Positions 10,008 to 21,700 of a DNA stretch of 64,000 bases are shown piece after piece (the first letter of the stretch is position 1; every line of letters starts with the position of its first letter). Position numbers and translations under genes: made by a program. The notes under the pieces were generated by a model. The model saw nothing but the letters and a program-made list of their open reading frames with translations. It was not told where the DNA came from and searched no databases. This stretch comes from Bacteroidota bacterium (lineage in GTDB: Bacteria > Bacteroidota > Bacteroidia > UKL13-3): the NCBI GenBank assembly GCA_027482225.1, contig JAIXWD010000014.1, forward strand, positions 74,719-138,718, read 5' to 3'.

Positions 10008-12944
10008 TTAGAACTTATAACTGGCTCCAATGCTAACATTGTATCCATTAGTAAAGCGATAAACAGTGTTGTCAAAATTTGCTTTTACTGATGCTGGAAT
10101 ATTTGAGTCTATGCGTTGTTTAATACTGATATCATCAAATTTTCCGTTTTTGTTGTTGTCTTGATAAAATATTAAATCTTGAGCCAATAAATCACCAATA
10201 GTGAATTTGGCCTCTAAACCTTTGTAAATTTTACGTGCAATTGAAAGGTCAACTACAGTTCTTGGATTTTCCCATAAATCGGGAATTAAGCCATTTTTTT
10301 CTCTTACAAATGCAATCCGTCTTCCAACTCGATTAACAAATAAGGCAACCGACAAACCACTATTTGGATTATAGTATTGTATACTTGAATTGATAATGCT
10401 TGGGGATTGCCCCTGCAATGGACGGGTTCCTATACCTGCTGCTGCGGCAGATCCTTCAATTTTAACCTCTGAAAAAATACGTGCATAATTCATGGTGAAA
10501 ATAAAGTTTCTAAACAATAATTTGGTGCCCAATAATTTATCCAAAAAATCAAAGTTTTTTCTGATTTCAACCTCTAAGCCATAATTGGTTGCATTTGCAT
10601 CACTTGTGTAAGATAGCAAAGGATCACTTCCTGGCAATTCATTTAAACTTTCTATAGCATTGGTAAATTCTTTATAAAACAATGATCCAGAAATCAATTG
10701 CCCTTCTCCTGGGAAATACTCAAACCTAAAGTCATAATTATTAATTCTTGTGCGCGCCAAATTTGGTCTACCACTAACAGTAGTATTTAGGTTAAAATCA
10801 TAAAACGCAAAAGGAGCTAGTTCCCTAAATTCAGGTCTGGCCAAACTTCTGAAACCAGATAAACGTAAATTTACTTTTTCTGTTAACTCATAAGTGAGGT
10901 TTATCGAAGGAAGAAAATCGTTGAATGTGGTATCAATAGTTAATGGTTTTGGTGGTGATTGATTTAACTCAAACGTATTTAATATTTGTTGGTATGATTC
11001 AAAACGAGCACCATAAACTACCCTAAGCCTGCTGAACATACGTTGATCAAACATTACATAAGCTGCCTTTAGGTTAGACTCAGCTGAATACACATCTTGA
11101 GGTCGAAAATCTTCGTCAATATATAACGTATCATTTAACTTGTTTTTACTAAACAAGGTATCAATATTGCCTTGTATAAATTTTTGGTAATTATACGCAC
11201 TATTGGGATCGCTAACAAAACGTAAACGATAACCAAATGCACGTGCTTGAAAATCTCTTTTACGTTGTTGAATAAATCCACCAACCTTAACCACTGTTTT
11301 TATTTTTTTTCCTGTTAAAAAATTGACAGGTAATTGAAAATCTGCTCCGGCACTTTTGATGTTTTCATCTAAAGTAGAAAAGAACCTACCCGTTTGGGTA
11401 ATATCAATACTATTTGATATTTGAGCACCATAAGGAGTGTACTCACCAGTTGAAGGATCTATTAATGTTGAACGCGTAGAGAACCTTCTAAAATCTGGAA
11501 TATCTCTTTTAATTTTATTGTAGTTCAACACCCATTTTACTTTTAGCTTCGATATAGTTAAAAAGTGTTCACCTATTAATTGAGATGTAAGTAATTGGTT
11601 TTGTTGATAAGATAAATAATTATTCTTAACCAATGGAACTTGTTCATCTAGATAACTATCAATCCCGGTTCTTATTTGAGCAACATTTTCTGTATTAATG
11701 GTGTATGCATTTTTAAAACTAAACTTATGATTTCCGCCTAGCTTTAAACCAAAGTTAGCCATAGCGCCTGTTAGCAATTCATGTTTAGTTGTTTCATCAG
11801 TATAAGATGATAACAATTGGTTTTCATCCCCAATCATGGGTTTATTAAATCTATTTCTATCTACAGAGGTGTTTCGGTAACTATTATTGTATGAGCCAGA
11901 TAAGATATATCCAAACTCATTTTTCTTAGCAAACTTAAACATGTTACCACCAGCAATTTGTAATGAGTAATTTAATGGAAGTGATGATATGCGGTTAGTA
12001 CTCCAATTATCTTGAAATTTTTGACTTGCCGCTGCTTTTTCAGCTATAGTTTGGGTATGGTAAAATCCACGTCCTGCAATATCTGTTGGAACTTTGCGCG
12101 TTCCATCATCAAGACCAAGCAAATCAGTTTTGCCAGTTGTTGCAGATTGTATTCCACTTTTTCCAGTAGTTATACTATTAATACTGGTTCCAAAACCCAC
12201 TGAGACGAATTTTTTTTCTGGAATATCTTTGGTATTGATGGTGATTAAACCTCCGGTAAAATCACCAGGCAAATCTGGTGAACCTGATTTGGTAATCACC
12301 ATATTGTCAACCATGTTTGAAGGAATAATATCAAACGAAAATGCTTTACGATCAGATTCAGTACTAGGAAGGGGTGCGCCATTAATATATGCTGAATTAT
12401 AACGGTCATTCAAACCACGTATGATAGCAAATTTGTTATCTTGTATTGATGTTCCACTGATGCGTTTCATAGCATCACTAGTAGTGTTATCTGGTGATTT
12501 TTTGATTACATCAGCAGAAATACCATCAGAAACTGTAACTGAATTTTTTTGTTGAATTAATAATGCACTAGCACTTTCTTTTTTCAATTGACCTTGTACT
12601 ACAACTTCGCTCAACTCTTTAGAAGATGCTTCCATCGAAACATTGATAGTTGATGTTTCACTTCCTTTGACTTCAATGCCTACCAATTGTTTCTTAATAT
12701 AACCCACATAACTTACATTTAAGTTGTAAGTACCTGGTTTAAGATTTGCTATGGTAAATTTACCTTCTAAGTCGGTTGAAGCACCAAAGGAAGTTCCTTC
12801 AACACTAACTGAAACGCCTATTAGCTCTTCCCCATTTTTTTTATCGATTACTTTTCCAGTAATTTTTCCGGTTTGCGCAAATGCTGTTAGTCCGATGGTT
12901 AAGGCTAAAACAGTTGTAATTAATTTTTGTAAAGTGATTTTCAT
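10008..12944 (-). CDS. TonB-dependent outer-membrane receptor with N-terminal carboxypeptidase-regulatory-like domain
   Basis: Signal peptide. CarbopepD_reg-like N-domain (GKITGKVIDKKNGEELIGVSVSVEGT...). Plug region followed by a long beta-barrel. C-terminal aromatic residue (…GASYKF). 978 aa. Confidence 0.9.
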   Translation of the reverse strand: MKITLQKLITTVLALTIGLTAFAQTGKITGKVIDKKNGEELIGVSVSVEGTSFGASTDLEGKFTIANLKPGTYNLNVSYVGYIKKQLVGIEVKGSETSTINVSMEASSKELSEVVVQGQLKKESASALLIQQKNSVTVSDGISADVIKKSPDNTTSDAMKRISGTSIQDNKFAIIRGLNDRYNSAYINGAPLPSTESDRKAFSFDIIPSNMVDNMVITKSGSPDLPGDFTGGLITINTKDIPEKKFVSVGFGTSINSITTGKSGIQSATTGKTDLLGLDDGTRKVPTDIAGRGFYHTQTIAEKAAASQKFQDNWSTNRISSLPLNYSLQIAGGNMFKFAKKNEFGYILSGSYNNSYRNTSVDRNRFNKPMIGDENQLLSSYTDETTKHELLTGAMANFGLKLGGNHKFSFKNAYTINTENVAQIRTGIDSYLDEQVPLVKNNYLSYQQNQLLTSQLIGEHFLTISKLKVKWVLNYNKIKRDIPDFRRFSTRSTLIDPSTGEYTPYGAQISNSIDITQTGRFFSTLDENIKSAGADFQLPVNFLTGKKIKTVVKVGGFIQQRKRDFQARAFGYRLRFVSDPNSAYNYQKFIQGNIDTLFSKNKLNDTLYIDEDFRPQDVYSAESNLKAAYVMFDQRMFSRLRVVYGARFESYQQILNTFELNQSPPKPLTIDTTFNDFLPSINLTYELTEKVNLRLSGFRSLARPEFRELAPFAFYDFNLNTTVSGRPNLARTRINNYDFRFEYFPGEGQLISGSLFYKEFTNAIESLNELPGSDPLLSYTSDANATNYGLEVEIRKNFDFLDKLLGTKLLFRNFIFTMNYARIFSEVKIEGSAAAAGIGTRPLQGQSPSIINSSIQYYNPNSGLSVALFVNRVGRRIAFVREKNGLIPDLWENPRTVVDLSIARKIYKGLEAKFTIGDLLAQDLIFYQDNNKNGKFDDISIKQRIDSNIPASVKANFDNTVYRFTNGYNVSIGASYKF

Positions 12945-13068
12945 TTGTTAAGGTGTGTGAAAACGTGGACAAAAGTACCCTACGTTTGGTTCCAACCCGT
13001 TAAACAAAAGTTATCCTTGAGTTAATATAGTATCAATTATATGTTAAGTAAACGTTAATACCTAGAAA

Positions 13069-13100
13069 ATCCGCACTTGGCGGGTTTTCTGAAAATCCTA
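13069..13100. terminator. Strong bidirectional hairpin in kbl / TonB-receptor intergenic region
   Basis: agaaaatccgc ACTTG gcgggttttct is an 11-bp stem flanked by A/T runs on both sides. Likely terminates kbl (minus strand). Confidence 0.5.
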
Positions 13101-13386
13101 ATTTTTTTTAGGTTATCCCATATTATTCGTTTGAAATACAAACATAATAATCGATGTAAGAAAATCAAACTTTTGGGTATCCGCTACACTTCACACAAAA
13201 GATGATTTTCTATACCGAGGCTTCGGTACGGGATTACCCCAACTTTTACCAATTGCATTTATTTTAATAAATAGCAATGGTTAATGCCGATGAACCTAAA
13301 CATATTCTATAATTAGTACTATTTTACAAGGCATAATGCAGATAGTTCGGCTCATACTTAGCCTTCTACTGCATAAATTGGGTAAA

Positions 13387-14583
13387 TTATTTAATAACAC
13401 CTAATTCTTTACCCACTTTGGTAAATGCCGCTATTGCCTTTTCAATATGAAGTGGCTCATGTGCTGCAGAAAGTTGTACACGAATACGTGCTAAGTTTTT
13501 AGGCACAACGGGGTAAAAGAATCCCGTTACATAAATACCTTCATCTAATAATTTAGCAGCCATTTCCTGAGCTAATTTTGCATCATATAACATAACAGGA
13601 ACTATGGCACTGGCGCCACCGCGTAAATCAAATCCAGCAGCTTGCATGCCAATTTTAAACTGATTAACATTCGCCTCTAACTTATCGCGCAATGCAGTGC
13701 TTTCATTTAATAATTTAAATACTTCAATACTTGCACCAACAATTGCTGGGGCCAATGAGTTACTAAATAAATATGGGCGAGAGCGCTGACGTAACAACTC
13801 AATAATTTCTTTTTTACCTGTTGTATAACCACCCATAGCGCCACCTAAAGCTTTACCTAATGTTCCGGTAATGATATCTACACGGCCCATAACATTGCAC
13901 AACTCAGGTACGCCTCTTCCCGTTTTACCAATAAATCCTGCACTGTGGCACTCATCTGTCATTACCAATGCATCGTATTTGTCGGCCAAATCACAAATTT
14001 TATCCATTTGTGCCACGTAACCATCCATACTAAACACCCCATCGGTTACAATAATTTTAAACCTTGCACCTTTTTCGTTAGCAGCAATTAATTGCGCTTC
14101 CAAATCAGCCATGTCGTTATTTTTATAGCGATAACGTTGTGCTTTACACAAACGCACCCCATCTATAATACTGGCATGGTTTAACTCATCACTTATAATG
14201 GCATCAGCTTCCTGAAACAATGGTTCAAAAACACCACCATTTGCATCAAAAGCTGCGGCATATAAAATGGTATCTTCAGTGCCATAAAAATCGGCAATGG
14301 TTTTCTCTAATTCTTTATGAATATCTTGTGTACCACAAATAAAACGCACACTACTCATACCAAAACCATGTGTTTCTAAAGCCTTTTTAGCAGCTTCTTT
14401 AACACGTGGATGCGATGATAAACCCAAGTAATTATTGGCGCAAAAATTTAATACACTTTGACCAGTATTTAAAGTAATTTCTGCACCCTGTTCAGAAACA
14501 ATAATGCGCTCGCTTTTATATAATCCAGCAGCTTTAATATCAGCTAATTCTTGTTGTAAGTGTTGTTGTAATTTACCGTACAT
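13387..14583 (-). CDS. kbl: 2-amino-3-ketobutyrate CoA ligase (glycine C-acetyltransferase), PLP-dependent alpha-oxoamine synthase
   Basis: High similarity along the whole length to E. coli Kbl. Matching segments include NFCANNYLGL, SVRFICGTQD, ISDELNHASIIDGVRLCKA, GVFSMDG, CDLADKYDALVM, GRVDIITGTLGKALGG and RPYLFSNSLAP. Confidence 0.9.
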   Translation of the reverse strand: MYGKLQQHLQQELADIKAAGLYKSERIIVSEQGAEITLNTGQSVLNFCANNYLGLSSHPRVKEAAKKALETHGFGMSSVRFICGTQDIHKELEKTIADFYGTEDTILYAAAFDANGGVFEPLFQEADAIISDELNHASIIDGVRLCKAQRYRYKNNDMADLEAQLIAANEKGARFKIIVTDGVFSMDGYVAQMDKICDLADKYDALVMTDECHSAGFIGKTGRGVPELCNVMGRVDIITGTLGKALGGAMGGYTTGKKEIIELLRQRSRPYLFSNSLAPAIVGASIEVFKLLNESTALRDKLEANVNQFKIGMQAAGFDLRGGASAIVPVMLYDAKLAQEMAAKLLDEGIYVTGFFYPVVPKNLARIRVQLSAAHEPLHIEKAIAAFTKVGKELGVIK

Positions 14584-14612
14584 AGGTTTTATTCTTAATT
14601 TTAATGTAATAT

Positions 14613-15449
14613 TTATTTAGGTTGATAGGCAAATTGAGCTGCACACCAATTATTTTTTACCAAGTGTTTTTTTAAATGTAAACCAAGTGGTTCGGTAGCA
14701 TTTTTTAAATCACTTAAATCAGATTCATAAAAACCACTAATTAATAAAAACGCACCTGGTTTCATATGTTTTACAATGGTAGTAAAACTACTTAGCAAAA
14801 TGTTTTTATTGATATTCGCTAGCACACCATCAAAGGTTTCTGTATCTTTTATTACCGATAAAGTTCCTAGTCTGAATTCAAAATTAATCAAGTTGTTTAA
14901 GTTTTTATTCTCGGTAATGTTATCAATACACCATTCATCAATATCATTTCCAATAATTTGGGCGGCACCTAGTTTTAATGCCATTAAACCAAGCACTCCT
15001 GTACCACATCCGTAATCAAATATTTGTTTATTGGTAAAATCTTGTTCAAGCATTAACTCTAAAACCAATTGAGTGGTTTCATGGTGGCCAGTACCAAAAG
15101 TATTTTTGGGTTGTATGGTAATGGTATGAGCATAATCCATTTTTATATCGTGAAACGGTGCACGAACTAAAATCTTATCAGCAACAACAATTTGCTCGTA
15201 AGAAGCTTCCCACTGTGCATTCCAATTTTGTGGTTCGATTATGCTGTGCGGAACATCATTTGGGTTGATACCATATTTTAAAAGCAAATCATTATACATT
15301 AATGGATTATGCAGTGATTGAGGAATATAAGCAGAAAAACCTTCGTCAGTTTCAATAAATCCTTCGTACTCCAATTCAGCCAATTCTGCAACAAGCAATT
15401 CTCTGGTATCTTCGTCACAAATTATAGCAAATTCAAAATAGGCTTCCAT
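14613..15449 (-). CDS. prmA: Ribosomal protein L11 methyltransferase
   Basis: PrmA architecture with a SAM-binding motif DYGCGTGVLGLMALKLGA and a GTGHHETTQL segment. Start set at the ATG (MEAYFEF) rather than the upstream GTG. Confidence 0.85.
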   Translation of the reverse strand: MEAYFEFAIICDEDTRELLVAELAELEYEGFIETDEGFSAYIPQSLHNPLMYNDLLLKYGINPNDVPHSIIEPQNWNAQWEASYEQIVVADKILVRAPFHDIKMDYAHTITIQPKNTFGTGHHETTQLVLELMLEQDFTNKQIFDYGCGTGVLGLMALKLGAAQIIGNDIDEWCIDNITENKNLNNLINFEFRLGTLSVIKDTETFDGVLANINKNILLSSFTTIVKHMKPGAFLLISGFYESDLSDLKNATEPLGLHLKKHLVKNNWCAAQFAYQPK

Positions 15450-15528
15450 AAGGCAAATATGCACAAAAAGTATAGGTATAAAAAGACCCGTTTTGCAAAG
15501 AGCGGCTAAATTCCTTTTTCTAAATTAG

Positions 15529-16695
15529 TTACAATAATTTTTGGTATGCGCGCATCCATCTATCAGGAATTTCATCGTTTAATGCAGCTTGATAATCGCT
15601 GTAACTGCATGGTACCATAAACATTCCTTTTTGATTTGAGCGTTCTTTCGGGTAAGGCACTTCCATCCACCAACGCTCATTGTAAATGTTTTTATAGAAT
15701 ACAATCTCGTAATCACCTGCTTTAAATGTAGTACGGTAAATCATGTAATCTTTACTTTCAATTGTTGGGTAATCATACTTACGGTTATAAAAACCATCAA
15801 TAAAATACCATAACATTTGCGAAACCAATTTGCTACCACAAGCATTGGTATCGTGAAATGCGTTTAAATCATAGAAACCAATGCTGGTTAAATCGTTACC
15901 CATACCTGCATAACGTGAAATCTGGCAAGCCTCTTCGCCATAAAATCCATTAGGATTCATATCAATACTTGAAGCAACATCAGCAGCCTTAACACTGTTT
16001 AAACTAAAAACCATCATATCAGCATTACGTGCCAATGGTTCTGTGTCTTGCATTTTGGCCCTTACTTGGCCTAGCCTAAACACATCAAAATTCATTTTAT
16101 CAAATGCATCTAAACTTTCTTGCTCTACAAAATAAGCTTGGTTACCTATGTGGATGATGTTGAATAAAAAGTTAGGTTGATGGGTAATGGTTTTATATAA
16201 ATAATTAGCATATTCAGGATTAGATTCATTTTGCTTCAAATCAATTGTAGCATCAGCTACCAAAACATTTAAATTAGGATTAAACCCTTGGTATGAGGTA
16301 AACTGCGCATAAGCCAAATCGCTAGGGCCACCTAAAATAATGGTTACAATTTTGCGTTCGTGTAGTTCTTTTAAACATTCATTTAGTGCAAACATGGTAT
16401 CACTTACACTACTTCCTGGTTCAATATTACCTAAGTCGGCAATTTTTACTTCATATTTAGGTTGAACCAACTTATATAGTTGTTTCCTTACCTCATCAGG
16501 AGTTAAACTTAAACCAGCATGTGAAGACCTTAATCGTTCTTCTTTTACACCTATTATGGCTATTCGAACATCGTCCAGATCAGGAAATTTTTTAGTGTAG
16601 ATATCAATTACATTAACCAAACTTTTAGGAGAAGTTTCAGTTATATTGGCAAATACCGATTGCGGAATCGGACTTAAGAAGTCGCTTAATTGCAT
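15529..16695 (-). CDS. Arginase/formiminoglutamase-fold protein with a C-terminal extension. Canonical Mn-ligand motifs appear degenerate
   Basis: Overall ureohydrolase-like layout. GGDHS is replaced by GGPSD, DAHxD by DATID, and SxDxD by SLNSV. 388 aa, versus about 300 aa for typical arginases. Confidence 0.55.
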   Translation of the reverse strand: MQLSDFLSPIPQSVFANITETSPKSLVNVIDIYTKKFPDLDDVRIAIIGVKEERLRSSHAGLSLTPDEVRKQLYKLVQPKYEVKIADLGNIEPGSSVSDTMFALNECLKELHERKIVTIILGGPSDLAYAQFTSYQGFNPNLNVLVADATIDLKQNESNPEYANYLYKTITHQPNFLFNIIHIGNQAYFVEQESLDAFDKMNFDVFRLGQVRAKMQDTEPLARNADMMVFSLNSVKAADVASSIDMNPNGFYGEEACQISRYAGMGNDLTSIGFYDLNAFHDTNACGSKLVSQMLWYFIDGFYNRKYDYPTIESKDYMIYRTTFKAGDYEIVFYKNIYNERWWMEVPYPKERSNQKGMFMVPCSYSDYQAALNDEIPDRWMRAYQKLL

Positions 16696-16759
16696 GATGT
16701 ATATTTAATGGTCGCAAAATACCTTATTTTCGTCCGCAGGTAATAAACATTTCCACACT

Positions 16760-17773
16760 TTGATAGCAGTTAGCGGAGCAACAGGATTTTTAGGTGCGCA
16801 CCTTGTTTGCAGGCTTTTGAAAAAGGGCTTGCAAGTAAGGGCATTAAAAAGGTCGGACAGTAATATGGCCGAGTTTGAATACATATACTCATTATTATTT
16901 ATAAATAATGATGCCAAACAAAACCTAACTTGGTTTGAAGCAGATTTGTTGGACACCCCAGCTCTTGAAAGTGTGCTTCATGGTGTTGATGAAGTATACC
17001 ACTGCGCAGCCATGGTATCTTTTAGCCAAAAAGACAAGGATATCATGATGCAAGCTAACGTTCAGGGAACTGCTAATATGGTAAATTTAAGTTTAATCCA
17101 TGGCGTTAAAAAGTTTGCTTTCATCAGTTCAATTGCAGCACTTGGACGCGAAAAAAGCGGTGTGCATGTTACAGAAAAATCTAAATGGGTTGAATCTAAA
17201 CTAAACAGCAATTATGCCGTTAGTAAATACAAAGCTGAGATGGAAGTTTGGCGAGCATCCATGGAAGGTTTAAACGTAGTTATTGTGAATCCTGGGGTTA
17301 TTTTAGGTAGTGGTAATTGGCAAAAAGGCTCTTGCGCATTGTTTAATATGGCTTACAAAGGAATGCCGTTTTATACCCATGGCGTAAATGGTTATGTAGA
17401 TGTATTGGATGTTGCCGATGCAACCATTCAATTAATGGATAATAATATTTTTGCAGAGCGTTTTATTTTGGTAAGCGAAAACACCAGTATTAAATATTTT
17501 TTAGATGAAACAGCAACCCAATTAAACAAAAAGAAACCAAGTATTGAGGTAAATAAAATCTTAGCAGAGATGGCATTGATAGGTTCAGCAATTGCAGCTT
17601 TTTTTACAGGAAAAAAGCCAAATTTAACTAAAGAAACCTCTCGCGCATCCCTTAATAAATATTATTACAGCAACCAAAAAATTAAAGATAAAATAGGGTT
17701 TGAATTTATACCGATAAAGCAAACTATAGCACAAACCTGCAATCATTTATTACAACAAAAAAAAACATCATGA
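16760..17773 (+). CDS. NAD-dependent epimerase/dehydratase family protein (extended SDR)
   Basis: N-terminal Rossmann motif VSGATGFLGAHLV. YxxxK catalytic pair region (YAVSKYKAE). 337 aa. Confidence 0.8.
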   Translation: MIAVSGATGFLGAHLVCRLLKKGLQVRALKRSDSNMAEFEYIYSLLFINNDAKQNLTWFEADLLDTPALESVLHGVDEVYHCAAMVSFSQKDKDIMMQANVQGTANMVNLSLIHGVKKFAFISSIAALGREKSGVHVTEKSKWVESKLNSNYAVSKYKAEMEVWRASMEGLNVVIVNPGVILGSGNWQKGSCALFNMAYKGMPFYTHGVNGYVDVLDVADATIQLMDNNIFAERFILVSENTSIKYFLDETATQLNKKKPSIEVNKILAEMALIGSAIAAFFTGKKPNLTKETSRASLNKYYYSNQKIKDKIGFEFIPIKQTIAQTCNHLLQQKKTS

Positions 17774-18474
17774 GATTATTTTTAACCACAGTTGCTGCGG
17801 CAACTTTAACACTAACAGCTTGCAACAATAGCAACAATTCGGCTAGCAACGATTCAATTAAAAATCTAGAAAAATTGTACAAAAACAGCTATAATTTAAA
17901 AGACATACCTACTGCAATTACTGCTGTACAATTAATTTTAATTATCGATAGTACAAACACTTTGAGGGACTCGTTACCAAGTATGTACTTGGCTGAACAA
18001 AATATTGATGCATGTTTAACCACTACTGAAGATGCTTTAAAACGTTACCCAGAAAGTGAAGAATACGCCAAATATAAAATGTTGTGTTTAGAACAAGTTG
18101 GTAAAGCCGATGAATTATTTACACTAGCAAATAATTTATACAACAAAACAGGCAAAGCGGAATATGTATACAAAATTGCATCGGTGCAATTGGTTACTGG
18201 AGAGTTTGACGCTGCCAATAAAACCATCAGTAACATGATGGAAAAATATAAAAACACCAAAGACAGTGTGGATATTTTTATTGACCAAGGCCAAAGCCAA
18301 AGGGTGCCAATTATTGCTGCCTGCTGGAACATGAAGGGTTACCTGTATATACAGACACAAAAATACCAACAAGCAGGTGAGGCATACCAAAAAGCCATTC
18401 AAATATTCCCTGATTTTGTAATGGCACGCAGAAACCTACAACAATTAATACAAGGTGCACAACAGCAACGCTAA
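17770..18474 (+). CDS. TPR-repeat lipoprotein
   Basis: Lipoprotein signal with lipobox LTLTAC. TPR-like helical repeats. ATGA start/stop overlap with the upstream epimerase gene suggests co-translation. Confidence 0.7.
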   Translation: MRLFLTTVAAATLTLTACNNSNNSASNDSIKNLEKLYKNSYNLKDIPTAITAVQLILIIDSTNTLRDSLPSMYLAEQNIDACLTTTEDALKRYPESEEYAKYKMLCLEQVGKADELFTLANNLYNKTGKAEYVYKIASVQLVTGEFDAANKTISNMMEKYKNTKDSVDIFIDQGQSQRVPIIAACWNMKGYLYIQTQKYQQAGEAYQKAIQIFPDFVMARRNLQQLIQGAQQQR

Positions 18475-18792
18475 AATTTATTACAACTTTTTACAAAATA
18501 CCTATACAACTAATCATGTTGTATAGGTATTTTTTTTGTGTATATAAAACCTTGAAAATTCATAACTATCTAAGGGCTTGTTTAAATAGTATAATGCGGA
18601 CTTAAGGGAATAAATTATGAATTAAACCCTTATAAGTGGAGGAACTTATTAGGCTGTTAAAGGCCAATACACAATCTATTATTCTTTAAACACACAATTA
18701 TCAGATCCAATTATTGTATTAACATTCAAAAAAAAATATTTTTATATTTAGATATTTTATATCTTGAACCATAATTCAAACAATTACATAAG

Positions 18793-21700
18793 ATGAAACA
18801 CAACTACACTACACCCATTTTTAAAGGCAGAACACGTAAGTTGCTACTGCTTTTCAGTTTGCTCTTTTGGCTGTTGCCAGTGCAGGCTCAAATAGTATTA
18901 AATTCCACTTCTGGAACAACATCAGGCAACTACACTACACTTAAAGCTGCCATCGATAACATTAATAATGGTACGCACACTGGCGTTATTTTTATTACCG
19001 TGCATGGTAATACCACAGAAACTGCAGGTAGCGTTTTATTTGAAAGCGGAAATGGGGGTTCATCATATTCATTGGTGGTAATCCGTCCAGCTGATACAGC
19101 AACCGTAAATAAAACCATTGACTTGGGTTTATCGGGTTCAGTATTACTAGAGTTAAACGGAGCCGACAATGTATTTATTGACGGAAGACCATTAAGCCAA
19201 GGCACGGCCAGGTTATTAACATTTACTCATTCAAACCCAAATGCCAGTGCAACTTCTGGTGTAATCCGTTTAATTAATGGTGCTTCTTTTGTTCAAATCT
19301 CACACTTAAATTCTAGTTGTTTAACTACCGCTGCTACAACAGCAAGTATTAATATCAGTTTATCAACCTCTTTAGCTACAACTGGTAACAGAAATATTGC
19401 TATTGATAATTGCCTCATAACAGGTGGTGTTCAAGGTATAAATATGACAGGTACTTTGGCCAATTTCATGGATAGTATTTTCATTGTTAAAAATACCATT
19501 TTAAACGCACAAGGGTCTAGTGTTATAGTAAATGCAGTAAAAACACTTCAAATAGATTCAAATGTTATAACACATAATTCTGCATTTACAGGTTGGAATG
19601 TATTTGGTTTAAACATCAACCCAAATGTAAGTGGAGCCAATTATTTAATTTCAAGAAACAACATTAATAACTTACAAACTGCAAGTGCAGCGCAAATGGC
19701 GGGTATACTAGTTAGTCCGGGAACTGCAGGCTTAACTGTTGCTCCAGTTGTAAATTTAATTAACAACAATGTTTCGTTATTAGCCACCAATGCAGGTCTA
19801 ACCTTTGCACGTGCAATGCAATTTCAAGGAGCAAATCCTGCAGTTGTAAATTGTTACCACAATACTTTCCGCCTTGGTGGAAGTGGTGCAGGTACTACAG
19901 GAAACCCTGCATCAATAGCTGTTGCAAAAAGTAATAATTCAACCGCAGGTACTTTTGTGTTTACAAATAACATTTGTATTAATACCAGAATTGGAGCTGC
20001 TAACCCACATGTCGGATATTGGAACAGCCAGGCGACTGCTGGTATAAATACAACTGATTACAACACCATTCATGGACCTGTTTTTAGTGCCATTGCCAAT
20101 GGATTTTACCAAGGCACAATTGGTGCATACCGAACTGCTTCACTTCCCAACGAACAAAACTCATCTTTTGGCTTAATCGACTTTAACAATAATTTTGATC
20201 CAATTGTTAATCTAAACGGACCAAATACATCAGGTGTAAAACTATCAGGAACACCAATAGTTTCTGTACCAATTGATATGTATGGAACAGCAAGAAGTAC
20301 CGTTAGACCATATAGAGGTGCATTTGAATCATTAACTCAAATTGACACATTTGATATACAAACGGTTATATTGTATACTTATGGTAAAATACCTATTGGA
20401 ACAGATGATACAATAAGGGTTTTAGTAAGAAACCAAGGTACTGGTGCTGTAACAAATCATCCAATAAACTTAACCAGTACAAAAAATGGTTATTTGGGTG
20501 CAGTAAATGTGAGCTTACCTCCAGCTGGTGAAGCCATCATTAACATGGTGCCATATACTCCATTTCTTTTAGGCTTCGACACCTTGAGGGCATACCCAAA
20601 TCCTGATCAAAAAAGAAGCAACGATACTTCGTTATGGGTTAGAGAAAATACATTAAATGCCTTGAGTTACAGCCGTCCATTTACTGCACAAACAGGTAAT
20701 GTTGGCACAAATCCTGAAGGCGAAATTGTTGCTAAATTCTATACACCTGTGCCAAATTTCGTGAATCAGGTAAATGTTAATTTTACAAACAATTTCTTTA
20801 ACGGACCATTTCCTTTTCAAGTTGTCATGTATGAAGATTCAGGTTCTAATCTTGGTCCTAAAAGAGTTCCATTTTGGGTATCTGCAACACAAAATACAGT
20901 GAATGGTGTATTTAACTTATCTATTCCTTCTGTGCCGGTTAGCGGTTCTTTTTACATAGGAGTTCGTCAAACCACAGCAAATAATATTGGTTTTGCATTT
21001 CAAAACGAAAACCCTATTCGTAACCAAACTTTTTACTTCCGTCAAGGTGTGGGTTTCCAAACTTTAGCATGGAACGATTTTGCAGTAAACCCTAATAACC
21101 AATTTAGGTTTATGATTGAACCACGATTAACCATTAATGATGATTTAGGTGTTGTTGATTTATTTGCACCTGGAGCAGGATGTGTTAACCTTGGCAATCA
21201 ACCAGTATCAGTTCAAGTTCAAAATTTGGGGTTATTAAATCAATCATTTGCTACCGACACGCTGCGTATTTTAGGAAGAGTAATTAAACCTTCTGGCAAT
21301 ACCATTTCATTCGGGCCGATATTGGTTACTAGTGGAAGCTTAGTTGCAGGTAATACCTTAAACGTTACTGTTATTCCTTCATTTAATTTCGACTCTGCAG
21401 GTGCATACACATTCACCGCATGGACACGTTTTGGACCTGATGGAAATGCAATAAACGATACCTTACCACCATTAGTGCGTAATGTTTTTGCTATAAGCAA
21501 TGCACCAATTGTGCAAGACTTTAACGCCACTACATTCCCAACAACATGGAGTACCAACCGCTTTTTTATTAGTCCTACTAACGGTGTAAACAATACCAAT
21601 TCAATTAGAGTAGGTATTGATAACTCTAGCCCTTTTGCAGCAAACGCGTTTATACAATCTCCACGTATTGGTGGCATTACTGCTAATAGTGTATTACGAT

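Noticed and set aside
12945-13386. Possible riboswitch in the long 5' region of the TonB-dependent receptor
   Set aside because: No B12-box, TPP or other recognisable aptamer core was seen. Only a bidirectional terminator hairpin at 13069-13100.
16705-16956. 83-aa minus-strand ORF overlapping the start of the epimerase gene
   Set aside because: It overlaps a well-supported CDS on the other strand and the arginase-fold/epimerase divergent spacer. It has no motif support.
16760-17773. SDR-type L-threonine dehydrogenase partnering kbl
   Set aside because: The protein looks like a generic extended-SDR epimerase/dehydratase. It is not adjacent to or co-oriented with kbl, so there is no specific support for that call.
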